From: an uncultured Candidatus Binatia bacterium | GTDB lineage: Bacteria; Desulfobacterota; Binatia; UBA9968; CAXXLF01 | Length of the DNA stretch: 64,000 bases | Assembly (NCBI GenBank): GCA_965218425.1 | Contig: OZ244621.1 | Span: 3,456,001-3,520,000 of the forward strand | Direction: 5' to 3' | Shown here: in pieces, positions 49,337 through 58,650 of the stretch | Numbering within the stretch: the first letter of the stretch is position 1 | How the letters are laid out: every line of letters starts with the position of its first letter | Translations under genes and position numbers: made by a program | Notes under the pieces: model-generated | The model's input: the letters and a program-made list of their open reading frames with translations, nothing else | What the model was told of the DNA's origin: nothing | Databases searched by the model: none

Positions 49337-50422
49337 ATGTTAGTCATTGACGCGGACGCTCACGTGGAAGAAGGTGTCGAGACCTGGAAGTATCTTGATC
49401 CTAGGTGGCACCTGTGGCGCCCCTTTCCGGTAGCCTTTCCCGGTGACACGGTGTTCGGTAGCCACAATGGCGCCTGGATCATCGAATTCAAGATGCGCTT
49501 GGTCGGCGGTACGCCTACGGTCATGAAACGCGCACAGGAGAAGGGCGCCACCGTACCTGCGCAGGAACTCACCGACATTGACAAGCGGCTGGAGTACATG
49601 ACGGCGCAGGGCATAGACAAGCAAGTGGTTTTTCCCACTCTATGGCAAGGGCCGGTGGCGGAAAACGTCGAGCTGGAGGCTGCGCTGGCATGTAGCTGGA
49701 ATACCTTTATGGCCACTCAATGCGGCAAATCGGAGGGGCGACTTTGGTTCGTGGCGGTGGTGCCCTTTCGACGCGCCGACCTGGCGGCGGAGGAGTTACG
49801 CCGGGTGAAACGGTTGGGTTCGGTGGCCGGAGTCTATGCCCATGGGATGGAATGGGACATGCCGCTTAGCCATCCGGCCATGTGGCCCATCTTTGAGGAA
49901 GCGCAACGACAGGACTTGCCCATCATGGTCCACACCGGGAACGGTGCCCCTTCCATCAGCCGAATCCTGGAGGGCATCCCCCGGCCAGACAAACAGCAGT
50001 TCCCCCAGATCAACCCCTGGGGAGCCGGACTGTCGAGCGGGCCGTTGTACGCTTTTCAACAGCTGTTGGGATCGAGCCTCATGGATGACTTTCCGCAATT
50101 GCGCCTCGCGTTCCTGGAGACCGGTTCCGACTGGACGCCCCGCCTGGTGAAGATTTTGCGCCAGCGTAAAGGGAACAAGATCGACCAATGGATGGGTGAT
50201 CGTGTTTTCGTTGCCTGCGCTGTTTATGACGACCTGCCCTACAATATTGGCAAGTTGGGGGATGATTTCCTCGTTGCCGCTTCGGACTTTCCTCACGGGG
50301 ATGCTTTTCGCGAGGATCATCTGGCGGTGCGTCTGGACAAACGGGGTGACCTAAAAGAAAATACAATCCAAAAGATACTTTCGGATAACCCACGACGTTT
50401 GTTCCAATTCCAGGGAAGCTGA
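49337..50422 (+). CDS. Amidohydrolase_2 family, tandem copy 3
   Basis: DADAH, MVHTG, FLETG, SDFPH. Confidence 0.92.
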   Translation: MLVIDADAHVEEGVETWKYLDPRWHLWRPFPVAFPGDTVFGSHNGAWIIEFKMRLVGGTPTVMKRAQEKGATVPAQELTDIDKRLEYMTAQGIDKQVVFPTLWQGPVAENVELEAALACSWNTFMATQCGKSEGRLWFVAVVPFRRADLAAEELRRVKRLGSVAGVYAHGMEWDMPLSHPAMWPIFEEAQRQDLPIMVHTGNGAPSISRILEGIPRPDKQQFPQINPWGAGLSSGPLYAFQQLLGSSLMDDFPQLRLAFLETGSDWTPRLVKILRQRKGNKIDQWMGDRVFVACAVYDDLPYNIGKLGDDFLVAASDFPHGDAFREDHLAVRLDKRGDLKENTIQKILSDNPRRLFQFQGS

Positions 50423-50446
50423 TGGTCCCACGCTAAGGAGGTTTTT

Positions 50447-51514
50447 ATGGAGACGAGAGTGATCGACGGTGACGGTCATGTTTTGGAGGACAACTCACTA
50501 ATCGACTACTTTGATGCCTCGTGCCGGAGCGGAGAGTTTCGGTTGAGTTTCGATCGACTGTTCCCCTCTTTAGACTTTCATCACATCGGGGGACATACCA
50601 CGCGCAACCCAGCCGCGTTCGGAGGTGGCAAGCCTGTGGGACCTAGCGAATGGTTGGAATTTATCGAGCTGGCGAATATCGAGGCTGCGGTTCTCTATCC
50701 CACAAAAGGTCTTCGCATCGGTAACATCAGCCATCCGGACTGGGCCTGTTTAGTGGCGCGGGCCTACAATGACTGGCTATACGACCAATACCTCAAGAAA
50801 AGCCCACGATTGAAAGGGATGGCTCTGATTCCAATTCAGGACGTAAGCGAAGCCGTAAGTGAACTTCGACGAGCCGTGACCCAGTTGGGGATGGTGGGGG
50901 CGATGCTGCCGTCGCGGGGCAATCTTCCATTAGATCTCGGGCACAAGAGTTATTGGCCCATTTACGAGGAGGCCGAACGTCTGGGGTGCGCACTGGGAGT
51001 CCACGGCGGATGTCACCATGGAATGGGACTCGACTCCTTTGAGACATTTGTTCCGATTCATGCATTAGGCCATCCACTGTCCCTGATCATTGCTTTCACC
51101 GGGATTGTCTACCACGGTGTCTTGGACCAATTTCCGCGGCTGCGGGTGGGCTTTCTCGAAGGTGGGGCCGGTTGGGTTACTTTTTGGATTGACCGAATGG
51201 ATCGTTCCCATGAGTATTTCATGGAATTGAACCTTCTCGGGAAGTATCAAGGACCTTCCGCGAGCCAGAAGCCGAGTGATTACCTCAAGAGCGACCGGGT
51301 TTTTGTCGGTTGTGAAGGCAACGAGGAAGGCCTCGCCTATCAGGTGGAGCGCGCCGGCAACGGTCACTTTCTTTTCGCCAGCGATTTTCCCCACGAGATT
51401 GGTCCCCAGGACATTCTGCATGAGATTCAAGAAATCCGGGAGTTTCCTGGCCTCAGTGAAAATGACAAAGCAGCTATTTTGGGAGGCAACGCAAAACGGT
51501 TTTATCAAATTTAA
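50447..51514 (+). CDS. Amidohydrolase_2 family (different subfamily)
   Basis: DGDGH, GVHGG, FLEGGAGW, SDFPHE. Confidence 0.92.
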   Translation: METRVIDGDGHVLEDNSLIDYFDASCRSGEFRLSFDRLFPSLDFHHIGGHTTRNPAAFGGGKPVGPSEWLEFIELANIEAAVLYPTKGLRIGNISHPDWACLVARAYNDWLYDQYLKKSPRLKGMALIPIQDVSEAVSELRRAVTQLGMVGAMLPSRGNLPLDLGHKSYWPIYEEAERLGCALGVHGGCHHGMGLDSFETFVPIHALGHPLSLIIAFTGIVYHGVLDQFPRLRVGFLEGGAGWVTFWIDRMDRSHEYFMELNLLGKYQGPSASQKPSDYLKSDRVFVGCEGNEEGLAYQVERAGNGHFLFASDFPHEIGPQDILHEIQEIREFPGLSENDKAAILGGNAKRFYQI

Positions 51515-51539
51515 CGCTCATTCATCATAAGGAGGGAAT

Positions 51540-52517
51540 ATGACTGTTCTAGTAACCGGTGGTTGCGGGCTAGCAGGATCTTTTGCGGTCCGACAAGCTG
51601 TGGAACGTGGCGAACGGGTGATCGCATTCGACATTGCAATCAAGACCGAGCTGCTACAAGACATTGCTGAGAAAGTTACCTTTGTCAAAGGTGATATTCT
51701 CAATGCCTCAGAGCTGATGAGCGCCGTAAGCAAGTATCGGGTGGATCGCATCCTTCACCTCGCAAGCATGCTTACTCCAGGGGTCTATGAGCGTCCTTAC
51801 GCAGGCGCTAACACCATTGTCATGGGGACGATGAACGTGCTCGAATGCGCACGCCTGTTAGGTGTTCAACGAATGGTATATCTCAGCACTGGGAAGACCA
51901 GACGGACCGCGGCTCTCTACGGGCAATCGGCATCCACTGGAGGCCTGGCCCTGGAGGCCGACCCCTACACCAGCGCCAAAGTGGCCTGCGAACTTTTCTG
52001 CAATGACTATCGTAAGCTCTACAACCTCGACATAGTTATCTTGCGCTTCGCGCAGCTCTTCGGACCTGGCTATGGTTTCGCAGGCGTGATGGGCCAAAGC
52101 CTCAAAGACGTCGTTGAGAAACCTCTTCGCAATGAACCAGTGAAGTTGACCTCGCTGTCCGGTTCTGTGCCAGGAAGGGAAGGGCCCGTCTCCACCGCAC
52201 CTGTAGGGTGCCTCTACGCACGCGATGCCGGGGAAGGTGCGATGAAGGCGACCCTGGCAGATAGACTCAAAGACTACGTTTTTCGCATCCAGCCCAAGGA
52301 ACAACTAACCCTGGGCGAGGTGGCAGATCTGCTCATGGAGCTCATTCCCGGTGCCAGGATCGATGCACCCCGTGGGCCTGAGAAAGGCGGTCCGTTGGAG
52401 CCTGACCCGTTGGCCCAGGAGCAGTTTGGCTACACTCCAGCATATAGTGTCCGCCGCGGCCTTAGGGAATACATAGAATTTCTCAAGACCGGTCGATACC
52501 GCCAGCTCCCGGATTAG
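51540..52517 (+). CDS. NAD-dependent epimerase/dehydratase (extended SDR)
   Basis: VLVTGGCGLAG, HLA, YTSAK. Confidence 0.9.
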   Translation: MTVLVTGGCGLAGSFAVRQAVERGERVIAFDIAIKTELLQDIAEKVTFVKGDILNASELMSAVSKYRVDRILHLASMLTPGVYERPYAGANTIVMGTMNVLECARLLGVQRMVYLSTGKTRRTAALYGQSASTGGLALEADPYTSAKVACELFCNDYRKLYNLDIVILRFAQLFGPGYGFAGVMGQSLKDVVEKPLRNEPVKLTSLSGSVPGREGPVSTAPVGCLYARDAGEGAMKATLADRLKDYVFRIQPKEQLTLGEVADLLMELIPGARIDAPRGPEKGGPLEPDPLAQEQFGYTPAYSVRRGLREYIEFLKTGRYRQLPD

Positions 52518-52579
52518 GAGCTGGACGCAATTGTCACCCAGTCCAGATTACTTGGGAAGGAACATTAGGCACAAAAAAT

Positions 52580-53701
52580 ATGCTCTTTATAAACAACGAT
52601 GATGTGGCGCAGGTGCTCACCATGAAGGACACTCTTTCGGCGTTGGAAGAAGGACACCGGGAGCTGGCCAAGGGAGATCTGGTGGGAAGGCCCCGGGTGG
52701 ATGTTTACACCGAAACCGACGCGGAGGATAAGTTCCATCGCTGGGGTACCATGGAAGGGTCCAGCAAGGGGCTCCAGAGATTTGCCATCCGAATGAAATC
52801 CGATGTGGCCAGTTGGCCGGTGAGGCACGGCATTAGGGTTGAAGACAAGTACTGTGTTCAACCGGGACTGTTTTGCGGTTTGATCTTTTTGCTAAGTACC
52901 GAAAACGGGGAGCCCCTTGCCATCATGAACGACGGATACCTGCAACACATGAGAGTTGGGGCATACTTCGGGCTGGGGGCCAAGTACCTTGCCAGAAAGG
53001 ATGCTTCCGTGGTGGGGATGATCGGATCCGGGGGAATGGCCAAGAGCCATCTAAGGGCGTTTGCCGCTGTGAGGAACATCGAGAAAGCAAAGGTCTTCAG
53101 TCCCAACAAGGAACATAGAGAGCTTTACGCGAAGGAAATGGAGGAAGAATTAAAGCTGGAGGTGATCCCATGCCATAGTCGGGATGAGGCGGCCAAAGGA
53201 GTCGATATCCTTTCCACCTGCACCAACTCACAAGACCCGACGTTATTTGCGCGGATGGTGGAGCCGGGAATGCACCTGACCCAGGTGGCCAGTGAATTTG
53301 CGCCTGATGTCTACCCCGAAATCCATATTTGTATGGTTGGAGGACCCATGAGTCAGGTGGTGGGTGGTGTTGCGGTGGATGACTCCGAGGGCTTCCCCAC
53401 ATACCTGGCGGGAAATTTCGAAAAATTGAACAAGGCTCGCGGCCCCAAGCGGAGCCGCAAAAATAAAAATGACTTTGACGGGAACCTGATCTCCCTGGCG
53501 GATCTGGTGACGGGTAACGCACATGGAAGGGAGAGTGATAAAGAGGTGAGTTCATCCAGTGGAGTGAAGGTGAAAGGCGAAGACACCGTCAAAGGGCTTC
53601 AGTTCGTGACGGTGGGCTCCCTGGTGTATGACCTCGCCAGGAAGGCCGGACTGGGGCGAGAGTTGCCAACGGAACTATTCCTTCAGGATATTCGGGATTG
53701 A
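52580..53701 (+). CDS. OCD/mu-crystallin family protein
   Basis: Close paralogue of 39026-40129 (WGTMEG, IRMKSD, LQHMRVGA, LQDIRD end). Confidence 0.92.
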   Translation: MLFINNDDVAQVLTMKDTLSALEEGHRELAKGDLVGRPRVDVYTETDAEDKFHRWGTMEGSSKGLQRFAIRMKSDVASWPVRHGIRVEDKYCVQPGLFCGLIFLLSTENGEPLAIMNDGYLQHMRVGAYFGLGAKYLARKDASVVGMIGSGGMAKSHLRAFAAVRNIEKAKVFSPNKEHRELYAKEMEEELKLEVIPCHSRDEAAKGVDILSTCTNSQDPTLFARMVEPGMHLTQVASEFAPDVYPEIHICMVGGPMSQVVGGVAVDDSEGFPTYLAGNFEKLNKARGPKRSRKNKNDFDGNLISLADLVTGNAHGRESDKEVSSSSGVKVKGEDTVKGLQFVTVGSLVYDLARKAGLGRELPTELFLQDIRD

Positions 53702-53748
53702 AAGAGCGGGTTAAGTGACGCCTTTCTGTCTGGGGGGAGGCAAAGAAG

Positions 53749-54813
53749 ATGGTCCTATTGCTCAATAATGAAGAGGTGGAGAGCTTGCTCACGATGGATA
53801 ACGTGATGCAGGTGTTGGATGAAGCTTATCTTGACATGGACAAGGGGCTCGCAGCCAATCGACCACGGACCTTCACAACCTGTCCCACGAGTCGTGGCCG
53901 ATTCACGGCCAATACCCACGAAGGTGTCCTGGCCAGCAAGAGCGTCTACGACATCAGAATCGTCACGCATCCCGTGATTTCCAAGGAGGAGGCGAGCACA
54001 ATAGGGGAACACGCGTCCCTCAACGTCTCGCTGGATCTCCTTTACGACACAGAAAGCGGCGATCTATTGGCCATTATCCAGGACGGCTTTTTGCAAAAGA
54101 TGCGGGTGCAGGCAACGAATGCAATTGCCGCACGCTACATGGCTAGAAAAGATACCGAAAAGATCGCGCTGCTAGGTTCGGGCTGGCAAGCCACAGCGGC
54201 AATCGCGGCTATGAGCTCCGTGCGGCCCATCAAAAGCGTTAAAGTGTACAGCCGCGACGCGGCGAGAAGAACGGAGTTTGCGGAACAGATGGGGCGCACT
54301 CATGAGGGCATCGAGGTCAAAGCTGTGGATCGCCCGGAGGAAGCGGTGCGTGGCGCCGACATGGTGGTGTGCGCGACCAATTCCAAGGTCCCGGTCTGTA
54401 AAGGGGAGTGGTTGGAGAAAGGCATGCATCTGACCGGCGTGCTTCCGGCCGAGTTTGATTTCGAGTGCTACAAGAGCGCCGACTACATCGTAATTTTCAA
54501 TCGGCTGCACGGTCGAGACTACGTCCTGAGCCGGAGTCCCGATGAAGTGCAGCTTGAACAGCCTCCTCACGCGGCCCTGCTCAAGGACGCTCCCGAGATC
54601 ATTGATCTGGTTTCCGGAAAGGCACCGGGCAGAAAGAATGATGACCAGATCACCATCTTTGCCAATGGCGGCCATGGATGGGGATTAGACGGAGGACCAG
54701 GCTATGGTATACAGTTTACCGCGGTGGCTAAGCTGGTCTACGATCTAGCAAAAGAGCGCGGCATGGGTCGCGAGCTGCCCCTAGATTGGTTCCAGCAGAA
54801 CGTGCGCTCTTAG
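53749..54813 (+). CDS. OCD/mu-crystallin family protein
   Basis: LLGSGWQA, CATNS, WLEKGMH, PGRKNDDQIT, GIQFTAVA. Confidence 0.92.
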   Translation: MVLLLNNEEVESLLTMDNVMQVLDEAYLDMDKGLAANRPRTFTTCPTSRGRFTANTHEGVLASKSVYDIRIVTHPVISKEEASTIGEHASLNVSLDLLYDTESGDLLAIIQDGFLQKMRVQATNAIAARYMARKDTEKIALLGSGWQATAAIAAMSSVRPIKSVKVYSRDAARRTEFAEQMGRTHEGIEVKAVDRPEEAVRGADMVVCATNSKVPVCKGEWLEKGMHLTGVLPAEFDFECYKSADYIVIFNRLHGRDYVLSRSPDEVQLEQPPHAALLKDAPEIIDLVSGKAPGRKNDDQITIFANGGHGWGLDGGPGYGIQFTAVAKLVYDLAKERGMGRELPLDWFQQNVRS

Positions 54814-54871
54814 GACCTTACCGATAAAATGTTCAACAGAACGACTTCAACAAAGTTTTTCGCGCCAAGAC

Positions 54872-55003
54872 TCCGCCAGAGGACGGATCAGCCTTTGGCT
54901 GAGCCTTCGAATTAAAATTCGAGTTCCGAAGCTCAAAATCTCAAACAAACCAAAACACTCAAATCTAAAAATCGAAATCCAAAACGAGATTGTTTGGAAT
55001 ATT
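54872..55003. repeat. REP-like palindrome followed by an A-rich tract with roughly 7-nt period
   Basis: GCCAGAGG...CCTTTGGC and TCAGCC-TTT-GGCTGA pairings, then AAATTCG AGTTCCG AAGCTCA AAATCTC ... AAATCG AAATCC. Confidence 0.6.
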
Positions 55004-55055
55004 ATGTTACGGCCCCAACAGGCCTCGTCATCCTTAGCCTGTGCAGGAGGAAGCC

Positions 55056-57371
55056 ATGTCGGTATCTAGCCAACGTAGAACGGTCCGCACTGGGTCCCAT
55101 TGGGGCATCTATACGGCAGAGGTGGAGAAGAACAAGGTTGTACGGATCAAACCCTTCGAGAAGGACCCGTATCCCAGCCGCATCCTCGAGGCAGTACCCA
55201 GCGCAGTTCATTCCCCGTGCCGTATCATGCGTCCGATGGTACGCAAGGGATGGTTGGCGCGAGGCGCGGAGAGCCACCGGTCGGGCCGCGGAGTGGAGCC
55301 TTTCGTTGCCCTGTCTTGGGATGAAGCCCTTGATCTATTGGCAGGGGAACTGGCTCGGGTCAAGAGGGAGTACGGCAACGAGGCCTTTTACGCCAGCTCC
55401 GGTTGGGCCAGTGCCGGGTGCTTTCATAACGCCCAGGCCCAGCTAACTCGCTTCTTCAACTGCTTCGGCGGCTTTGTCAGCCAGGTCACCAACTTCAGCT
55501 TTGGCGCGGCGTCGGTGATCTTGCCACGCATCGTGGGCACCATGCAGCCGGTCACAGGGCCGAGGACGGCATGGCCTACCATCGTCCAGCACACCAAGCT
55601 GATGGTGTTGTTCGGTGGGATGTCTCCCAAAAACTCCCAGGTCAATAAGGACGGCGTGGGCAGCCACGATGCGGAGGACTGGACAAAAAGAGCAAGGGCT
55701 GCGGGTGTGCGGTTCGTCAACGTCAGCCCGCTGCGGGACGACGTAGCGGACGGGCTGCAGGCCCAGTGGCTTCCCATCCGTCCCAATACCGACACCGCTT
55801 TTATGCTGGGCCTGATGCACACACTTGTAGAGGAAGACCTGCACGATGAGGCGTTTCTGTCCCGCTATTGTGTGGGCTTTGAGCGCTTCCGGGCCTATCT
55901 CATTGGCGCGAGCGACGGCGTGGCCAAGTCCGCCGACTGGGCCGCCAGCATAACGGACATTGATGCCGAGGCTATTCGCAGGCTGGCGCGGGGCATGGCG
56001 TCTACCCGAACCATGATTTCAGCGAGTTGGTCGGTCCAACGAGCCCATCATGGGGAGCAGCCCTACTGGGCGGCTGTTGTGCTAGCAGCCATGCTGGGAC
56101 AGATAGGTCTGCCGGGCGGCGGGTTCGGCTTCGGCTACGGCGCTAACGCCGGGGCAGGTAGCCCCCGTAGTCCTGTGCCGGTACCTTGGCTCCCTAAAGG
56201 CCAGAATCCCGTCAAGGCCTCTATCCCGGTGGCCCGGGTCACCAGTATGCTGCTCAACTCAGGGGCTCCCTTTGATTTCAACGGGCGGAGACTGACCTAT
56301 CCCGATATACACCTGATCTACTGGTGTGGAGGCAACCCTTTTCACAAGCTGCAGGATCTGAACCAACTGTTAAAGGCCTGGCAGAAGCCTGACACCATTG
56401 TCATCCACGAGCCCTGGTGGACGCCAGCGGCGCGGCGCGCGGACATCGTGCTACCCTGTGCCACCACACTGGAGCGGAACGATATAGGGGCGTCGCATTC
56501 GGACCGTTTCTGGTTCGCTATGCAACAGGCCATCGAGCCGGTGGGAGAGGCGTGTATGGAGTACGACATCTACACAGCTCTGGCCGAGCGACTTGGATTC
56601 AGGGAGGCTTTCACCGAGGGACGAAGCGAGGAAGAGTGGCTGCGAAATATGTACGACACAACAAGGCGGCAAGCCGCCCAGCAGAGTTTGAAGCTGCCCG
56701 ACTTCGACCAGTTCTGGGAGATAGGGCACTTCGAGTTCCCTGTCCCCGATGAACCGCCCGTGCTATTCGCCTCCTTTCGAGCCGACCCGGAGGCCAATCC
56801 CTTGCGGACACCTTCCGGCAAGATTGAGATATTCTCCGAAACCATTGACGGTTTTGGTTACGAGGACTGCCCGGGGCATCCGGTGTGGTTAGAACCTGCT
56901 GAGTGGTTGGGCTGCAAGAAAGCCGAGGCATACTCGCTGCATCTCATCTCCAATCAGCCGAGGGTGCGCTTGCACAGCCAACTAGACTGCGGGGAAGTCA
57001 GCGGCGCCAGCAAGATCGCGCATCGCGAGCCGGTGTGGATCAATTCCCAAGACGCCGCGGCGCGAGGAATCAACCATGGCGACGTAGTGCGGATCTACAA
57101 CGACCGCGGCGCTTGCTTGGCGGGCGCTTTTGTCACCGACCAGGTCCGGCCCGGTGTAATCCAGCTCCCTACCGGCGCCTGGTATGACCCTGTGGACGCG
57201 AGCGAGATAGGCGGCATGGATAAACACGGGAATCCCAACGTTCTGACCATGGACATTGGCACATCCAAGCTGGCCCAGTGCTGCTCTGCCCAGACCACAC
57301 TGGTACAGTTGGAGCGTTTCAACGGCCCAGTGCCCGATGTCACCACCTTCACCCCCCCGCCCACGATCTAG
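55056..57371 (+). CDS. Ser-ligated molybdopterin S/N-oxide reductase (BisC/TorZ/DorA family), no Tat signal or Fe-S motif
   Basis: GSHWG, PMVRKGW, GWASAG, NFSFGAA (Mo-ligand Ser), RLHSQ, GAWYDP, HGNPNVLT; AGGAGG RBS before ATG 55056. Confidence 0.92.
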   Translation: MSVSSQRRTVRTGSHWGIYTAEVEKNKVVRIKPFEKDPYPSRILEAVPSAVHSPCRIMRPMVRKGWLARGAESHRSGRGVEPFVALSWDEALDLLAGELARVKREYGNEAFYASSGWASAGCFHNAQAQLTRFFNCFGGFVSQVTNFSFGAASVILPRIVGTMQPVTGPRTAWPTIVQHTKLMVLFGGMSPKNSQVNKDGVGSHDAEDWTKRARAAGVRFVNVSPLRDDVADGLQAQWLPIRPNTDTAFMLGLMHTLVEEDLHDEAFLSRYCVGFERFRAYLIGASDGVAKSADWAASITDIDAEAIRRLARGMASTRTMISASWSVQRAHHGEQPYWAAVVLAAMLGQIGLPGGGFGFGYGANAGAGSPRSPVPVPWLPKGQNPVKASIPVARVTSMLLNSGAPFDFNGRRLTYPDIHLIYWCGGNPFHKLQDLNQLLKAWQKPDTIVIHEPWWTPAARRADIVLPCATTLERNDIGASHSDRFWFAMQQAIEPVGEACMEYDIYTALAERLGFREAFTEGRSEEEWLRNMYDTTRRQAAQQSLKLPDFDQFWEIGHFEFPVPDEPPVLFASFRADPEANPLRTPSGKIEIFSETIDGFGYEDCPGHPVWLEPAEWLGCKKAEAYSLHLISNQPRVRLHSQLDCGEVSGASKIAHREPVWINSQDAAARGINHGDVVRIYNDRGACLAGAFVTDQVRPGVIQLPTGAWYDPVDASEIGGMDKHGNPNVLTMDIGTSKLAQCCSAQTTLVQLERFNGPVPDVTTFTPPPTI

Positions 57372-57562
57372 AGTCCCGAATGTCTTACATTCCTTTTCTA
57401 ATCATTCTCTGTTTAGGCTCACGGGTCGGCAACAACACCTTCCGGGTAGGGGGTGGCGGTCTGGTCCGGTTCTCCGCGCTGCAGCAGAATCTCGGAAGAA
57501 TTGTTTCTGCGAGCGGAGACCTATAATTCTATGACTCAAGGAACAAGAAGAGGTAACTAGCT

Positions 57563-58573
57563 ATGGAGCCAATCAAAGAGGGTGTTCGGAATCTGGTCAA
57601 CCATTGCGCTGAGGTAAAAAAAGGTGATGAAGTTCTCATCCTTAACGAGTATGGCAAGGTGGATGAAGAAATTGCGGCTCTGGTAACGGAAGCCGTAAAA
57701 GAAACAAAGGCTAACTATCATGTGATGTGGGCGGAGTCCATAGAATCGGGAAGGACATCACTTTCCAAGGTGCTCGTTGGCGCTTTTCTTTCAGCGGATA
57801 AGGTGATCTCAAATTTCTCCCTCAATCGGGTGCTCCTTGACGAGTACACGCATGGGAAGGGCGTGATCCAGATCAACAATACTTGTCGCAATCCCAACCT
57901 CATGGGGACACCGCACGCGCGCTACCACTGGTCCATGGTAAAAGCGATTTACTCTCGGCTCGAGGAGATCCTTCAGCAGGCTGAGCGGTGGCGCATTACC
58001 TCACCAGCGGGCACCGATATTTCCGGAAAGATAGGAAAGAATAGCGATGTGGCTGACGCTTACTTCAGTCAGGAAGCTGCCGCTTCGCGCTTCATTCGCG
58101 TTTTTCCCGGAGAGGTTTACAGTCCTGTGGGCTCCATTGAGGCCGCAGGAAAGATTGTCGTGGAGTATATTAACATGCGCGACCAGACGCCGTGGGAAGA
58201 AACCGCAACGCTCACCATCCAAAGTGACAAGGTAGTGCAGTTAGATGGAGGAAGTCGGGCAAAGGAGATGGAGCAAGCGCTCGACGTAAACCTTAGGAAA
58301 TTTGGCGACAAAGCGACCGTCGTGGATTCGTGGCACGGCGGGATGAATCCCAAAGCCAGGGTGCCCACCGCGGAAAACCGTACCCTTCTGGGTGCAACGA
58401 GTAGCCCAGCCCTGCTGCATTTTCACCTGGGGAGGATAAAGAGTCCGATTTCAACTGGCATCCTCAATCACACGGTGGAAGTAGACGGGAAAAAAATTTT
58501 CGAGGGCGGCAGATTGCTAATTCTTGACGACACAAAAATAAAAGATGCGGAACGGCAATACGGTCTCCCTTAA
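57563..58573 (+). CDS. M29 aminopeptidase-fold protein, possibly 2,5-dihydroxypyridine dioxygenase (NicX)-like
   Basis: VKKGDEVLI, ITSPAGTDI, FPGEV, HGGMNPKA, LHFHLG, VEVDGKKIFEGGRL. Confidence 0.65.
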   Translation: MEPIKEGVRNLVNHCAEVKKGDEVLILNEYGKVDEEIAALVTEAVKETKANYHVMWAESIESGRTSLSKVLVGAFLSADKVISNFSLNRVLLDEYTHGKGVIQINNTCRNPNLMGTPHARYHWSMVKAIYSRLEEILQQAERWRITSPAGTDISGKIGKNSDVADAYFSQEAAASRFIRVFPGEVYSPVGSIEAAGKIVVEYINMRDQTPWEETATLTIQSDKVVQLDGGSRAKEMEQALDVNLRKFGDKATVVDSWHGGMNPKARVPTAENRTLLGATSSPALLHFHLGRIKSPISTGILNHTVEVDGKKIFEGGRLLILDDTKIKDAERQYGLP

Positions 58574-58650
58574 GGATCTATCGGCGATTGTTTCGGACTT
58601 GGATTAATTCTATATACGTATAACGAAAGAAGGAGTCAGGAGTAGCGGGC

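Noticed and set aside
57471..57520. Imperfect hairpin (TCTCCGC...GCGGAGA) as a riboswitch
   Set aside because: No recognisable aptamer consensus or terminator U-tract
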